The notes under the pieces are model-generated. The model worked only from the letters and a program-made list of their open reading frames with translations. It did not search any database and had not been told where the DNA came from. Below are positions 14,601 through 28,130 of a DNA stretch of 64,000 nt, piece by piece (within the stretch, counting starts at the first letter, position 1; every line of letters starts with the position of its first letter). This stretch comes from Octopus sinensis (taxonomy: Eukaryota): the NCBI RefSeq assembly GCF_006345805.1, contig NC_042997.1, positions 190,278,001 through 190,342,000 on the forward strand, in the 5' to 3' direction. The position numbers and the translations under genes were made by a program.

Positions 14601-15208
14601 ATATATATTCATATATATAAACACACACATGCATATATGTCTATGTGTATGTGTATGTATGCATGAGCATGCGTGTGTGTGTGCGTGCAGACAAGCAATT
14701 GCACATGCAATTAACAACGTCGAATAAAAAAGATGTCAACAACAGACCGCTGGGAATGAAATATCATGACACGTCTTAATCTTGCTGCCGTTATATTCAG
14801 ATCTTTAGATAACACTGCATTTCACACTGTGAGAGATTAAGACATTAAGCATAGATTTAGTGCAGATCAAATTCTATATAGCATGTTCTCAAGGGACTGA
14901 ATCCTGGCTATTTTACTTTAGTTTTATACACACACTTAGTAATAATAGGTGATATATTTATATGATGGAGCGTGTAATTTGAAAGATTATTCAATGCTTT
15001 TTCTTTGCAGCATTTCAGTTTGAAGATTTTACTGATAGCAACATTAATTGTTTGTAATATTGCCACTGTGATCGAAATCTACGATGAGTAGCTTAGTTAG
15101 ATAAATCAACCACTTATACTTTTCTGTTATCTATTCTGGAATGATAAAAATATAAAGATGTTCTCGGCGGTATTTGAAATGAGGACCTAAAGAGCCGTAA
15201 ATAATAAT

Positions 15209-15427
15209 TAACGATACTGAAACTGTAAGTCATGACTGGTACGGCTAAAATATTGATCGCTTCGACCCTGTTTCTTGCATTTGGCTATCTCTGTCTTGAG
15301 TATTGCCCTTACCCTGCGATAACATTCCCTTCTGATCCTTTCCCTTATCACTGAATGTTTGATTCCGTCCCTTTCAAATACCCCCAGGTTTTTGTAGCCC
15401 TCCGCTGGTTCTAGTTCCTTTATGACA
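15209..15427 (-). mobile_element. R4/Dong-type LINE fragment (RT thumb region)
   Basis: Translates YKNLGVFERDGIKHSVIRERIRRECYRRVRAILKTE, then after a frameshift ARNRVEAINILAVPVMTYSF; typical of R4/Dong RT C-terminus. Confidence 0.75.
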
Positions 15428-16048
15428 TTTGCTAAACCTGGACCTGCCCCATGATAAAAACTGGTCGGAACACAAACCACCTCCAATGCTTGAAAATTAT
15501 CATATCTCACTTCTCTGGTAGTTCACCATTGAAACTGACAGAAAGTTAGATACGAGTAGACCAGACATTATATTGAAAGACTTCAGATAAAAATCATGCT
15601 TAGTTATTGATATGACTGTCCCTATTGATATAAATGACCTACCAAAAATTGAGCAAGTATAAATATCTTGAAAGAGAAATTGGCAAAATGTGGAACCTCA
15701 AGACTAAAACAATACCTTTTGTCATAGATGCCCTAGGAATGACTGCAAAAGGGGATGATTTTTGCCTAGCTCAGATACCAGGAAACCCCCAAATGGCAGA
15801 AATTCAAAATGTAGTGCTCATGAGAATTGTCCATATCCTACGTAAAATACTGTCTATGTAATCTCAATTTTTAAAACAAACTCATAATTTTCTTGTTTTC
15901 TTAAACATTCTCTATAACAATACTATGTGCAAAACCAAATATATGACACCCTAAGCATAACCAACATGGACTTCTAACTTGTTGCCTCTTGAGGTCTCTG
16001 GGTGAGACCTGGAGCCAACTTGTACAAATACAAAGCAAATCAAATATA
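15428..16048 (+). mobile_element. R4/Dong-type LINE 3' end (restriction-like endonuclease domain + 3' UTR), degraded
   Basis: KNWSEHKP...TDRKLDTSRPDIILKD...CLVIDMTVPIDIN...KLSKYKYLEREIGKMW...IPFVIDALG (PD-D motif); followed by an (AAT)n tail. Confidence 0.85.
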
Positions 16049-16089
16049 CAATAATAATGATCATCATGATCATGATCATGATCATGATG

Positions 16090-16178
<89 letters not shown>

Positions 16179-16195
16179 AAGAAGAAGAAGAAGAG
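16049..16195. repeat. Compound (AAT)/(GATCAT)/(AAT)n/(GAA)n tract
   Basis: Directly visible; tail of the upstream LINE. Confidence 0.95.
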
Positions 16196-16214
16196 TAACA
16201 AACAACAGTAGAAA

Positions 16215-16841
16215 GTGATATGTGCAGAATCTGTGGACAAAACAGTGAAATCGTATGGCACTAGCCCAGAAGGAATATTAGAAACGAAAAGACAATATAG
16301 CCAGGCTTGTCCATTGGACACTTTGCAACAAGTATGGACTTGACAGAGCAAAAAATTGGTACGACTACAAACCTGAAGGCATCGTCGAAAGTAGAAAAGC
16401 AAAGATCCTATGGGATTTTGTGTTCCAGTGCGACCAAGAGATAGAGAATAGGAAGCCAGACATAGTCTTAATTGAGAAAGAAAACAAACTATGCTGGGTC
16501 ATAGATGGCCAGCTGACAACAAGGTATGCAATAAGGAAGTAAGAAAAGTTGAGAGATATGACAGGTTAGCTTGGGAGGTTAAGCAGTTGTGGTCGATGAA
16601 ACAGGTAGCAGTAGAACCAATGATTGTCGGAGCCCGGGAAATAGTGATAAAAAAATCTTGAGAAGTACGTGGAACAAATAGGGGCTGCAATAAGGGTAGA
16701 GTACTTGCAGAAAACAGTACTGCTTAGAACCGCTCGAATACTCTGGAAGGTGCTCGAAAAATAAGAGGTGTTATCTTAATTTACTGGTAGTGAACAGCTG
16801 ACACTGTAGTAGTGCATCTCCAGCGTAAGAAGCTGCGCAAA

Positions 16842-16875
<34 letters not shown>
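16215..16875 (+). mobile_element. Second R4/Dong-type LINE 3' end (different subfamily) with (TAA)n tail
   Basis: DNIARLVHWTLCNKYGLDRAKNWYDYKPEGIVES.KAKILWDFVFQCDQEIENRKPDIVLIEKENKLCWVID...YLQKTVLLRTARILWKVLEK*; stop at 16762-16764; (TAA)n from ~16843. Confidence 0.85.
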
Positions 16876-16975
16876 NNNNNNNNNNNNNNNNNNNNNNNNN
16901 NNNNNNNNNNNNNNNNNNNNNNNNNNNNNNNNNNNNNNNNNNNNNNNNNNNNNNNNNNNNNNNNNNNNNNNNNNN
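16876..16975. other. Assembly gap (100 N)
   Basis: Run of exactly 100 N. Confidence 1.
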
Positions 16976-17119
16976 AATGCATTTCGTACCAACTTTTAGT
17001 CGTATTTTACTCGTATTGTTGTTCTCCGGGGGTCGTAATAAACATTTTTTTTAGAATGGCATTTTTACAACTTCAATAACAACCAGAACAAACGGCAACA
17101 GCAGCAAACGCGCGCGACA

Positions 17120-17126
17120 CAAGCTG

Positions 17127-17185
<59 letters not shown>

Positions 17186-17208
17186 ACTACTACTACTACT
17201 ACTACTGC
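17120..17208. repeat. (CTA)n(CTG)n(CTA)n compound trinucleotide repeat
   Basis: Directly visible. Confidence 0.95.
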
Positions 17209-17467
17209 AAATTGCTTAGACGACGCATACAAACCTATACGCACACAGAGGCATATACACACATATAAATACATACATACATATATATATATATATACAC
17301 ATGCATATATATATATATATAAATATATACACATGCATATATATATATATGTGTGTGTGTGTGTGTATGTATTCGGAGTAAAATGGGAATAGAATTAAAC
17401 TCAAAAGACTACAAGAAACCATAAAATTTCTTATTAATTAATATTTTACAGTGTATACATGAGTGCG

Positions 17468-17538
<71 letters not shown>

Positions 17539-18379
17539 ATATATTATATTTATATATATATATATATATAATATATATTATATATATATTATATATATAA
17601 TATAATATATATATAGAGAGAGAGAGAGATGCATATATGTATGTATGTCTCTGTGTATATTCTTTTTTGCATATATATGATATAATATAGTGTGTGTGTG
17701 TGTTTATATTTATATGCGTGTGTGGTGTGTGTGTGTAATTGTATTTGCGTCTTTTATGCGTGTGTTTATGCGTGTGTGTATGTATTTGTATATTCTTAAA
17801 TAATATTGATGAAGAGGATGTCGAAGAAGGAAGACGCGGAGGAAGGGTTGTAGGAGATTATTAATAATGGTGCTGGCAGGAAAATAGCAAATAAATACAG
17901 AAAATCCTTCGATAATGCTGACTTGGGGGAATATTTCTCAGAAGAATTCAAAATGGAAAGATTATAATAAAAAAAAAAAAAACGAAAAAATGCTAATAAA
18001 TGTAATAAGATGAAAAACTATTGTATATCATTTTAGAAATATTAGAATTTTCATACAAAATGAAAAAAAACAAAAAAAAAAACAAAGGAAAAAAGTAGGA
18101 CGGAGTGAGCGAAAGAGAAACAAAGAGAGAGAGAGAGAAAGAAAGAGAGAGAGAGGGGGAGGAGGGTAGATGAGAGGTCTGGAAAGAGTGAGATAAGAGA
18201 AGCAGGGCAGAGACAACGAGTTAGAGTGCAAGTGAGAAGTATGAGATAAGATAAGGAACTGAAAATGAAAAAGAAGAGGAAATTATATACATACATACAT
18301 ACATACATACATATACATGTATACATATATACTTATACATACATAGATATATATGTATATATATATATATGTGTATATA

Positions 18380-18425
<46 letters not shown>

Positions 18426-18643
18426 CATCTAACATACAGAGAAAAATGGATAGAACTTAGAACTGGTAATTAGGTAGATAGATGGATAACTAGGATCTTC
18501 AAGGAGTATACTAATATTTCAAAATGTCTTTCATGTGCAGCAGGATAGAGAAATTTTATTGTGAAATATAGGGAGTTACAATTGAAAAGAGAAATACAGT
18601 GAAAGATAGGCAACTACAAATAAAGATAGATGGGTAGATAGAA

Positions 18644-18679
<36 letters not shown>

Positions 18680-20224
18680 ATATGTGTGTGTGTATGTATA
18701 CTCACTCATATATACATAGAGATGACAGAGAGAGAGATGGATAGATGATTACAGAAAGAGACAATAAGAGAGATAGGTAGAGAGAGAGAGAGAAAGAGAA
18801 AGAGATAGTGACAGGAGTGAGTGAGAGAGAGAGAGAAAGAGAAGGTTTTTTTTTTTTTTCAACAATCTAATTTTCCTCATCTAAGAAGAATCATGCAATA
18901 TGCCCCGAAGTATAATTATTACCAAATAATACAGAATGTACAAATGACGTTTTGTAACCATATTATGTATTGTCATTCCCTTTCTTCTGAGACACCACCA
19001 CCGCCACCACTACCACTACCACCAACATCATCAACATCAGCACCACCATGATCGTCATCATGAAAATCATCATCATCATTATCATCACCATCATTATTAA
19101 CAACAACAATAACATAACTATAGATGCCATCCTTCTTAGCATCATTGTCGTCGTTGTAATAGTTATTATTTTTCTATTTACTTCATTCAATTTCAACATT
19201 GTTGTTGTTGCTGTTTTGTTGTCGCAGTTGCAATTTTGATCTTGATGCTGTTGCTGTTGAGCCCGAGGTCACTTTTGATCCAAGTGCACATATGATCAAA
19301 AGCATTCATATTTTCATATCTTCATTACTATTCTAGTTTTCGTTCCAGGTATAGTGAATAAATTACGATTATCTTATCCACATTGCTTTCTTAACTCTTC
19401 GCCTATTCAAAGCCTTCTCATAAATTTCTCCTTAAAGTCCGTGCTTGTTTTCAGACATTTTAGCTAACTCGTTACATACGTTCTCAGTAATAAAAAAGCT
19501 TTACTTTCATAAGCCTCTAGATGCTTTGCTGGTTGAAAAACTAAACTGGGAATGTGTATCATAAATAATGCATGAACACCTGAGAAATATGTGCTATGCA
19601 TCAGACATGATAGTCAGACCATGCAGAGAGAATTAGCTGCACATTCTTGCTAATTTAACGCTCACGTAAGGGATCCTTCACCAACTAGTTCATGTGGCAT
19701 TTATCTGTATTTAGACACACATCTAAATACTGATGAAGTAGATCAGTGATCAAAGGCATCTGATACTGATAATTCAGTCTTACAAGACAGCGGGCATACA
19801 TTTTATAATATATTCCATTCTAGTTTCTTTTTCAGTCAGCAAGGTGGAATTTGATAGAAATTTGGTTGGTATTTCCAGCAGGTCAATCGGTCGAATAGAT
19901 GCTCTTACGTTGGTAACTAGAAGTCGATGTATTAGTATTAGTAGTAATGGTGGCGTTGGTGATGGTGGAAATGGTAGTGGTGATGATGGCAGTGGTGGTG
20001 CTGGAGATGTGTAGAACTGCGTGAACAACTATCTATTCCTTCGAATTATAAAATCAACCTGCCTCCTCCCTAAAAATTTGCTTGCCTTGGCACAAAATTA
20101 GAAAGAATTATGATAATAATAATGATTTCAAATTTTGGTACAAAGTCAACAGGAGTGGTTGTGTGGTAAGTATCTTGCTTACCAACCACATGGTTCCGGG
20201 TTCAGTGGCACCTTGGTAATCTCA

Positions 20225-20610
20225 TAGCGCGACATGGTAATCTCATACCAAGATAAACAGCACACGACCTTGCAATTTTCTTCAGGTCGAGTAACCCATC
20301 CCGCTCAAAAGGTCATTGAAGGATGTTCAACGAAATATCCATGTTTCCAGAGGTGAATTATTCAAATCCTGAAGAATTCCTCCCGTCACGTGGTTATGAT
20401 GCTCCCCCACTACTTCTGCTCGTGATCAGATATGCACATATCGTCATGCATAAAGGGACATGCTTAGTTGGTTATGGTCAAACAAGTGACAAGCAAATCT
20501 GTGGTATTGAGCAGAATATTTGCTGTAGCCCATCTTTCATACCAAGACAAAAAATGTACATGATAACACTTCCAATCCGTTAAACCATGAGATCTACTGC
20601 CTTGCATTGC
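20225..20610. repeat. Unclassified interspersed repeat (second copy at ~32415-32590)
   Basis: GCGCGACATG...CAAGATAAACA.C.CA.GACCTTGCA...TTCTTCAGGTC.AGTA occurs at both loci. Confidence 0.65.
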
Positions 20611-20629
20611 ATGAAGGCGGCGGCGGCGG

Positions 20630-20692
<63 letters not shown>

Positions 20693-20724
20693 TATTATTA
20701 TTGTTATTATTATTATTATTATTA

Positions 20725-20945
20725 AGGTGGGGAGCTGGCAGAATCGTTAGCAAGCTAACCGAAATGCTTAACGGTATTTCGCCCGTCGCTACGTTCTGAG
20801 TTCAAATTCCGCCGAGGTCGACTTTACCTTTTATCTTTCTGGGGTCGATAAACTAAGTACCAGTTTTGTATTGGGATCGATCTTATCGAGTGACCCCCCT
20901 TCCCCAAAAAAATTTCAAGCTTTGTACCTTTAGTAGAAAGGAACA
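20725..20945 (+). mobile_element. SINE family B with alternative tail (type 2)
   Basis: Family B head and body, then CCCCCTTCCCCAAAAAAATTTCAAGCTTTGTACCTTTAGTAGAAAGGA. Confidence 0.85.
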
Positions 20946-20967
20946 TTTTTTATTACTGTTACCATTT

Positions 20968-20998
<31 letters not shown>

Positions 20999-21935
20999 AG
21001 GAAGTTTTAGAGCTTGCTGATGACATTTTCAAATTATAGGAAAATTAAACTGACAGAGAGAGAATTGTTTACTTTATTAATGGAGATATAATTGGGAAGC
21101 ATATCCTATTAATTCTTTTATAATAATGATTTTTATTAGATGCCTTTGTAAAGTATATCAGAATTCCTCGTGATGGTGATGATAGTCATCTGTAGTCTTA
21201 ATCACCATAACACGCTCGCGCAAAAAATATGGCCATCGACTTCGCCGTCGTCGTTGTGGGAGCAAATGTGCTGCATTTGCAGTTTTATGTAGACACGCAC
21301 AAACGTGCATGCGCATTCTCTGCATAAAAGCATCCATCCATGCACACTCACACACAAGGTACTTACATATACACGCTCAGGCATACACGATCATATATAA
21401 TCGCGTATATTTTTGTGTGAATGAACGAATGTTATGTAATTATAAATATATGTATTTATAATTATAAATTAGGGAATCTGAGATATACCAACACACTGAA
21501 ATAGCAGTCAAAACCTGACTCTAAAGCCACGTTAAATGTTCATATAGCACTAGGAGAGAAGACAGAGAGACAAACGAAACTAGCAAAAAAATTTTATTGG
21601 ATAATTCCAGATCCCAGATTTCTGATTCTGCATAAGAAATGCTTTGCCTCATCGGTGGAATATACTCAGATAGCACATAAATGCAATATATATATATATA
21701 TACAACATACGATATACTTACATATACGAACGTCTATACATACATATATATGCACGTATGTATACGACCATATTTTATATAAATATGTGTATTTATATAT
21801 ACATACAAATATATATATATACATACATCTTCATATATATACACATCTACATATATATACATATTTGTCTATATATACATATATACATAAATATATATGC
21901 ACATATATATATATACATATATATGCATACACACA

Positions 21936-21979
<44 letters not shown>

Positions 21980-21997
21980 ATATATATATTTGCTTAC

Positions 21998-22301
21998 ACT
22001 TTTACTTGTTTCAGTCATTTGACTGCAGCCATGCTGGAGCACCGCCTTTAGTCGAGCAAATCAACCCCAGGACTTATTCTTTGTAAGTCTAGTACTTATT
22101 CTATCGGTCTCTCTTGCCGAACCGATAATTTACGGGGACGTAAACACACCAGCATCGGTTGTCAAGCGATGTTGGGGGGACAAACACAGACACAAACACA
22201 TACACATACATACATACATATATACATACATAGATGCATACATACATACATACATACATATATACATACATAGATACATATATACATACATAGATACATA
22301 T

Positions 22302-22367
<66 letters not shown>

Positions 22368-22500
22368 GACGGGCTTCTTTCAGTATCCGTCTACCAAATC
22401 CGCTCACAAGGCGTTGGTCGGCCTGAGCACTTGCTGTTACGAAGTGGAACTGAACCCAGAACCATGCGATGGGGAAGTAAGCTTCTTACTACACAGTCAC
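21998..22500 (-). mobile_element. SINE family A with expanded internal microsatellite
   Basis: Tail TTTCAGTCATTTGACTGCAGCCATGCTGGAGCACCGCC; internal (TACA)n/(TA)n; head near 22500. Confidence 0.9.
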
Positions 22501-22859
22501 CATACATTATTAGATGGATGGATACCCTCTGGCATCCGTGTATGTGTATGTGTCAGGAAATTAGTAATGATGAAGATAGGAATTTTGCAACACACCAATA
22601 TAATAAATTAACTCTGCTGCTTCCATTACCGTGATCAAAACTTCAAATGTTCAGTATAATTAGAGGCTAAATATTGTTATTTTTTTAATGGTAGACAGGT
22701 AATTACAGAAAATTGTTAGGGTTTCTGAAAAAGTTTAGCTAAAAACGATTCTAGAAGCTAACGAAAAAACTTAGTTCATCAGAATGAAAATTAGCATTAA
22801 ATCTTTTCGTTTTTTTTTATGAATTCACGATCTCTCACTGGGACAGAAGAACTAGTCCC

Positions 22860-23006
22860 ATATATACGTGTATGTATGTATGTATGTATGTATGTATGTA
22901 TGTATGTATGTATGTATGTATGTATGTATGTATGTATGTATGTATGTATGTATGTATGTATGTATGCATGTATGTATGTCTGTGCATGTATATATCTATG
23001 TGCATG

Positions 23007-23040
<34 letters not shown>

Positions 23041-23200
23041 TATATGTATGTATATATGTATATATATATATGTATGTATGTATATATGTATATATGTATG
23101 TATATATGCATGTATATATGTATGTATATAGTATGTATGTATGTATATATGTATGTATATATGTATGTGTGTGTGTGTATGTATGTATGTATGTATGTAT
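22860..23200. repeat. (TATG)n microsatellite
   Basis: Directly visible. Confidence 0.95.
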
Positions 23201-24324
23201 GGGGAGAAGTGTATTTACACACAGGAAAGAATATACGATAATTGGTTTGAAAGTTGAAAATTCACCCAAGTCTTAAAACAGGTTGTTTTTAAATTTTGTA
23301 ACAAATTTATTGAAATACCAAACCGGTTTCACAATTTTTTTTTTATTCATCCTCCATCCTTTACTAGCTTCCTTTGGTCTTTATTAGCTTCAGCTCGAGA
23401 GCTGAGGTCATACTGAGCACCACCGATAGTCAATGGTAAATAAAAATGTTAGAGAGGTTTTGCAGTTATAGAAGGGAAAATTCGGAAAAACAGGCTTAAA
23501 AAAATCAAATGATCATATAAATTCCAATATTCAATAAATTTCAGAGATAGACATCATCAAAAGCTCAAATATTCAATGAATTTCGTAACAGTCTCACATG
23601 ATTGAAAGTTCAATAATATTGAGTTGTATTAGCATTTGGATATGACGAAATTTTGGAACTGTAAAAGAAGGGAAAGTAAATAAAATATTTACAAATTCTT
23701 TAGTAATGCATGAAGGAGGATTCTTCGCCGATGCTTTTGCTGGTAGGAACTGTTTTAAGATAAAATTGCTTTGTGTGTATAAACTCTTTAAGATGTAGGT
23801 CCAAGTTCTGATTCCAATAAATCTAATGACATCTCTTCTTTTGTCCTCCCGGCTGGCTGCCTCTGGTCACATATCTAGTTTGGCAATTGTCAAGCGTTCC
23901 GTTCGGTCGAAATCCTGGTGACATCTTTTTTTTTTATCGATTACTTTGATCACTTCTTTTAAACCTGTAGTGATCCAGTGCTCAATGGTGATTTATTTTC
24001 TGCATACGTCATTTGTTTTGTTCAAAGGTCTTGGTAACTTGTCTTTGTCTGATCGCCGTCCAGCGTTCCAGTTGGTTGATTCCCTGATGAAGCCACTCGC
24101 CTAGCTCAGCTGAATATTTATTTCCTTTCTCCTAAGAGTCGGGGTTCGACCACAAAAAATGTCTGTACTTGTTGATATTAACATATACCATGAGGGCAAG
24201 CACACAAGAGAAATGTAAAAATATAAAAATACAATATCTATAAACATATAAAAAATATTAACTACAGAGGGGGAGCGCTAAGCAGTGATAAATAAAATGC
24301 AGTTGAGGTACGTTCGAACCGGTG

Positions 24325-24555
24325 AACGAGCTGGCAGAATCGTTAGCACGCCGGGCAAAATGCGTAGCCGTATTTCGTCTGCCGTTACGTTCTGAGTTCA
24401 AAATCCGCCAAGGTCGACTTTGCCTTTCATCCTTTCGGGGTCGATAAATTAAGTAGTACCAGTTACGCACTGGGGTCGATATAATCGACTTAATCCGTTT
24501 GTCTGTCCTTGTTTGTCCCATCTGTGTTTAGCCCCTTGTGGGTAGTAAAGAAATA
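24325..24555 (+). mobile_element. SINE family B, monomer
   Basis: Near-identical to 12277-12500. Confidence 0.9.
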
Positions 24556-25039
24556 TATATTTTCCTTGACAAAACGCAGTGAGTAGCTTGTTCGAACGTG
24601 TCTCAAGCGTATTCGGACTGATAATAACGTTACAATAATATTAATATACTAGCTATTTTGTCCCGTGCTTCACTCGGGTTTCGGTGGTGGTGGTGTTTTG
24701 TGCGTGTTGTCTCGTTTTCCCTTTCTTCTTTTGTTCGTCTTCTTTGCCTGGTTCTTTTTATTGCCCTCTTCTTTACCCACCCCCTTTCCAAAATCCCCCA
24801 GATTATTACACCTACAATTAAAGATAACCGCCTCTAGTCCCTGCAGCTACACGAAAAGCCACCATTATTCAAACAGCGCAACCTGTCTATCCCATAAGAC
24901 ACAATTTTTCCCATATTCCTCACCATAGCAACCAAACGGTAGCCTCGAGCGACTTGCAACCCCCTCAAATCACTGCCCACCTCATTTTACCCCCAGTGTA
25001 AATTTTGGCACCAATCCGCCCCATCTACCGCCCCTTAAA

Positions 25040-25246
25040 CCGTTCAGTAAGCTCTTCAAGATGAGCAACATTTCTGTGTTGCACAGACTGCACTTACTGC
25101 AGCCGTTGGCATGGTGATTGTGCTTTCAATTTGATGGTATAGATGTCTTTTAAGTCCCATATTTGGCTAGAGTGGTCCGTGACTTTTTGCTTCCTCCAAA
25201 TTCTAAATGAGGAGTTGTGCCTGTGAATGAGTTTCCTGTACCTATG
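25040..25246 (-). mobile_element. Penelope-like element, GIY-YIG endonuclease remnant
   Basis: Minus-strand translation with frameshifts: IGTGNSF..HNSSFRIWRKQK..TLAKY.WDLKDI..ANGCSKCSLCNTEMLLILK. This fits the H.SSFR / L.KYIW.LK / C.LC..E C-terminal signature of PLE endonucleases. Confidence 0.7.
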
Positions 25247-25531
25247 ACGGGTTTATATAGTTTGTATGTAAATGTATTCATATATGTGTGTATATATCAT
25301 GATTACACACCCATCACTGTACACATTTCATCACACAACTTTAGCTTTTGAGTTTTTGTATATTTGTTCATCCTCACCCCCAAAAAAGAGGAATTACTTC
25401 CTCTATCCCGAATAATAGCGATCACTAATTACCTTCCCTTAGCTTTGTACTTGTGGATTTATTCACAAAATTTCATACAAGAACATGGACGAAAATCTTC
25501 TTACAAAAATACGAAATTATAATGATAACAA

Positions 25532-25564
25532 TGTCATGATTAGCGAAAGCGAAACCGGCCGACA
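25532..25564 (+). ncRNA. Degenerate minimal type I hammerhead ribozyme
   Basis: TGTC-ATGATTA-GC(GAAA)GC-GAAAC-CG-GCC-GACA. Stems are intact but the core has 3 substitutions relative to CUGAUGA/GUC. Confidence 0.45.
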
Positions 25565-26574
25565 AACACAATGGTCTTTCATTTATGAAATATATTTTAA
25601 AATATATTAAGACTATGTAAACTGTGCATTTTCCTTCTTTTATTATATATATATATATAGTTTACACACACACACATGTACGTTTGCTTGTGTGTGTATA
25701 TAATATACGTATATAATTCATGCCGCTCCTCTTAAGGCATAAAACATTTCAATTTCACATTTTATTTTACTTCATTTTATTTTAAATCTTTTATTTTTCA
25801 TTTTTTAATCTCTACCGTTAAGTGTAAGTTACATTTTTATAAAATTTTAAGCACTCATTAAAAAAAAATTTCGAGTTTTAAATTTTCCAATTCATATTTT
25901 AAAATCTTATATTTTTACTTTATAATACTTTTTTATTCTAATTTTTTTTTGAATAAGGTTTTTTTTTAATATCGAAAATTTTTATTTTTAGTCTTTATTT
26001 TCATAAAAAAATTTTTTTTAATTTTTAATCTAAATTTTTTTACAAAGCTGGAATTACTTTTAAAAAGAATTTTTTCAATACCTTATTAAATTTTAATTTT
26101 TAATGTTAATTTTACATTTGAGTATTTAACTTTTGATTTTGATTCTTAATTTTTAATTTTTAACATTTTCGGAATGATTAATGATTTTTAATTTTATTTT
26201 TAATTCCCAATATATATAATTTTTTTAATTACAAGTAGCTTTAATTTTTAAGATTCTAAAAAAAGTTTCATATTATTATTTATTTTGTCGTCAACATTAA
26301 CCCTTACTCCATATTTCCAGTTCAATTTCTAAAAAATTGAGCAAACTATTCCTTATTTATTTACTTATTTAATATCGAGTAATATATAGGTATATATATA
26401 TGTAATAGTGGTGAACCAGTATGTAATACTGGTTTCTTCCTAGATCTTGCAACAGAAACAGGAAAAGTTGTTTTATTTGAACAATCTAATGTCGGTGTGT
26501 GTGTGGAACTTTTCTACCTACTTTGTGTTTTGACGGATTCCTGAGTGCAAGTTTTCATAGGAGTAGCATTTTTC

Positions 26575-26637
<63 letters not shown>

Positions 26638-26741
26638 ACTTAGAAAAAACACCTTTTATCAATTCAATGATGAAAAATTAAATTTTACCATTTAGAAAAA
26701 TTACATATTATAAGTTTGGAATAATATTCCCTCATATTATT

Positions 26742-26772
<31 letters not shown>

Positions 26773-26797
26773 TATTATTATTATTATTATTATTTTT

Positions 26798-26867
<70 letters not shown>

Positions 26868-26937
26868 TGTGTGTATGCGCGTGTGTCGTATATAAATGTT
26901 ATAATTGTTTTTTTCATTGAACCTCAAGTGGAGGTTT

Positions 26938-26984
26938 TCTTTCGCGACTGGAGTTTCACAGCACGGTGATCCTCAGGCGAAAGA
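26938..26984 (-). ncRNA. Type I hammerhead ribozyme
   Basis: Minus strand: TCTTTCGC-CTGAGGA-TCACCGTGCTGT-GAAAC-TCCA-GTC-GCGAAAGA. 8-bp stem I, canonical core, GUC cleavage triplet, weak stem II. Confidence 0.75.
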
Positions 26985-27729
26985 GATTTGTCCGAAGATC
27001 GCAGTGGAGTGGAACTCTAATCCCTAGACAAGCTCTAAGGTACCGTTTCTATAGCAAAAATACATTTTCTACATATACTGAGTACTCCTAAATAATTCTT
27101 TAAGAAATGTGTGTGTGTGTCTGTGTGCAAGTTTTGAGACAGGATATGAGAAAGATGAGCAGATACAGCATGAGAATACCTGTTGAAGAAAATATGTCCT
27201 AATTATTGCAGAGGAGTGAGGCGAATATTTATGAAGTATGTTTATAAAATGGTATTGCAGTATATAGAATATAATAACTGACCATCTATACCAACCAGAG
27301 AGAAAAACAAAAACAAAAATTATCTGAAGACTTCGTCGAAAATAATGAAAGATTTTCAGAACGTGTTTCTGTGTACGTGAATCTGTAATAATAAAAAAAA
27401 AATCATTGGTAATAAATGTCTATATAAACAAGAAATTTCATTATAAAACCACTTTAAATGAATCGACTTGAGTGTGATGGAATATTCTGTTTCTCATAAA
27501 ACGTGAATGGCTCTTAATCATAGGCTAAAATCTTGGGAATATGCCGGTTGGTCTTTACCCGTGTCTTGTTTGGGTGCAGACGTCGTAAGCTAATGCTTCT
27601 CAAATGGACAATTACCAGAGTCTCCAATTATCCAACAACAGCAACATCAGCAACGACAACAACAATAATAATAATAATGATGTGGTCGGTGTTACTGTGT
27701 AGTTTACCGGCAGGGTATACGCTGTTGGT

Positions 27730-28130
27730 GTGGAGGCGCAATGGCCCAGTGGTTAGGGCAGCGGACTCGCGGACAGCGGACTCGCGGTCATAGGATCGCG
27801 GTTTCGATTCCCAGACCGGGCGTTTGTGAGTGTTTATTGAGCGAAAACACCTAAAAGCTCCACGAGGCTCCGGCAGGGGATGGTGGTGATCCCTGCTGTA
27901 CTCTTTCACCACAACTTTCTCTCACTCTTACTTCCTGTTTCTGTGGTACCTGTATTTCAAGGGGTCGGCCTTGTCACTCTCTGTGTCACGCTGAATATCC
28001 CCGAGAACTACGTTAAGGGTACACGTGTCTGTGGAGTGCTCAGCCACTTACACGTTAATTTCACGAGCAGGCTGTTCCGTTGATTCGGATCAACCGGAAC
28101 CCTCATCGTCGTAACCGACGGAGTGCTTCC
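27730..28130 (+). mobile_element. SINE family C, full-length with 13-bp TSD
   Basis: tRNA-like head (A-box TGGCCCAGTGG, B-box GTTTCGATTCC); TSD ATACGCTGTTGGT at 27717-27729 and 28131-28143. Confidence 0.95.

Noticed and set aside
23700-24150. TE-like block containing CCTGATGAAGCC
   Set aside because: No downstream GAAA/stem III and no recognisable protein in translation.
27730-27810. tRNA gene
   Set aside because: tRNA-derived SINE head continuing into a SINE body with TSDs; no intact cloverleaf.
27880-28083. Recurring 67-aa ORF MVVIPAVLFHHNF... (also 39109 and 41450) and MRNWY... ORFs
   Set aside because: They recur only because they lie inside young SINE copies.
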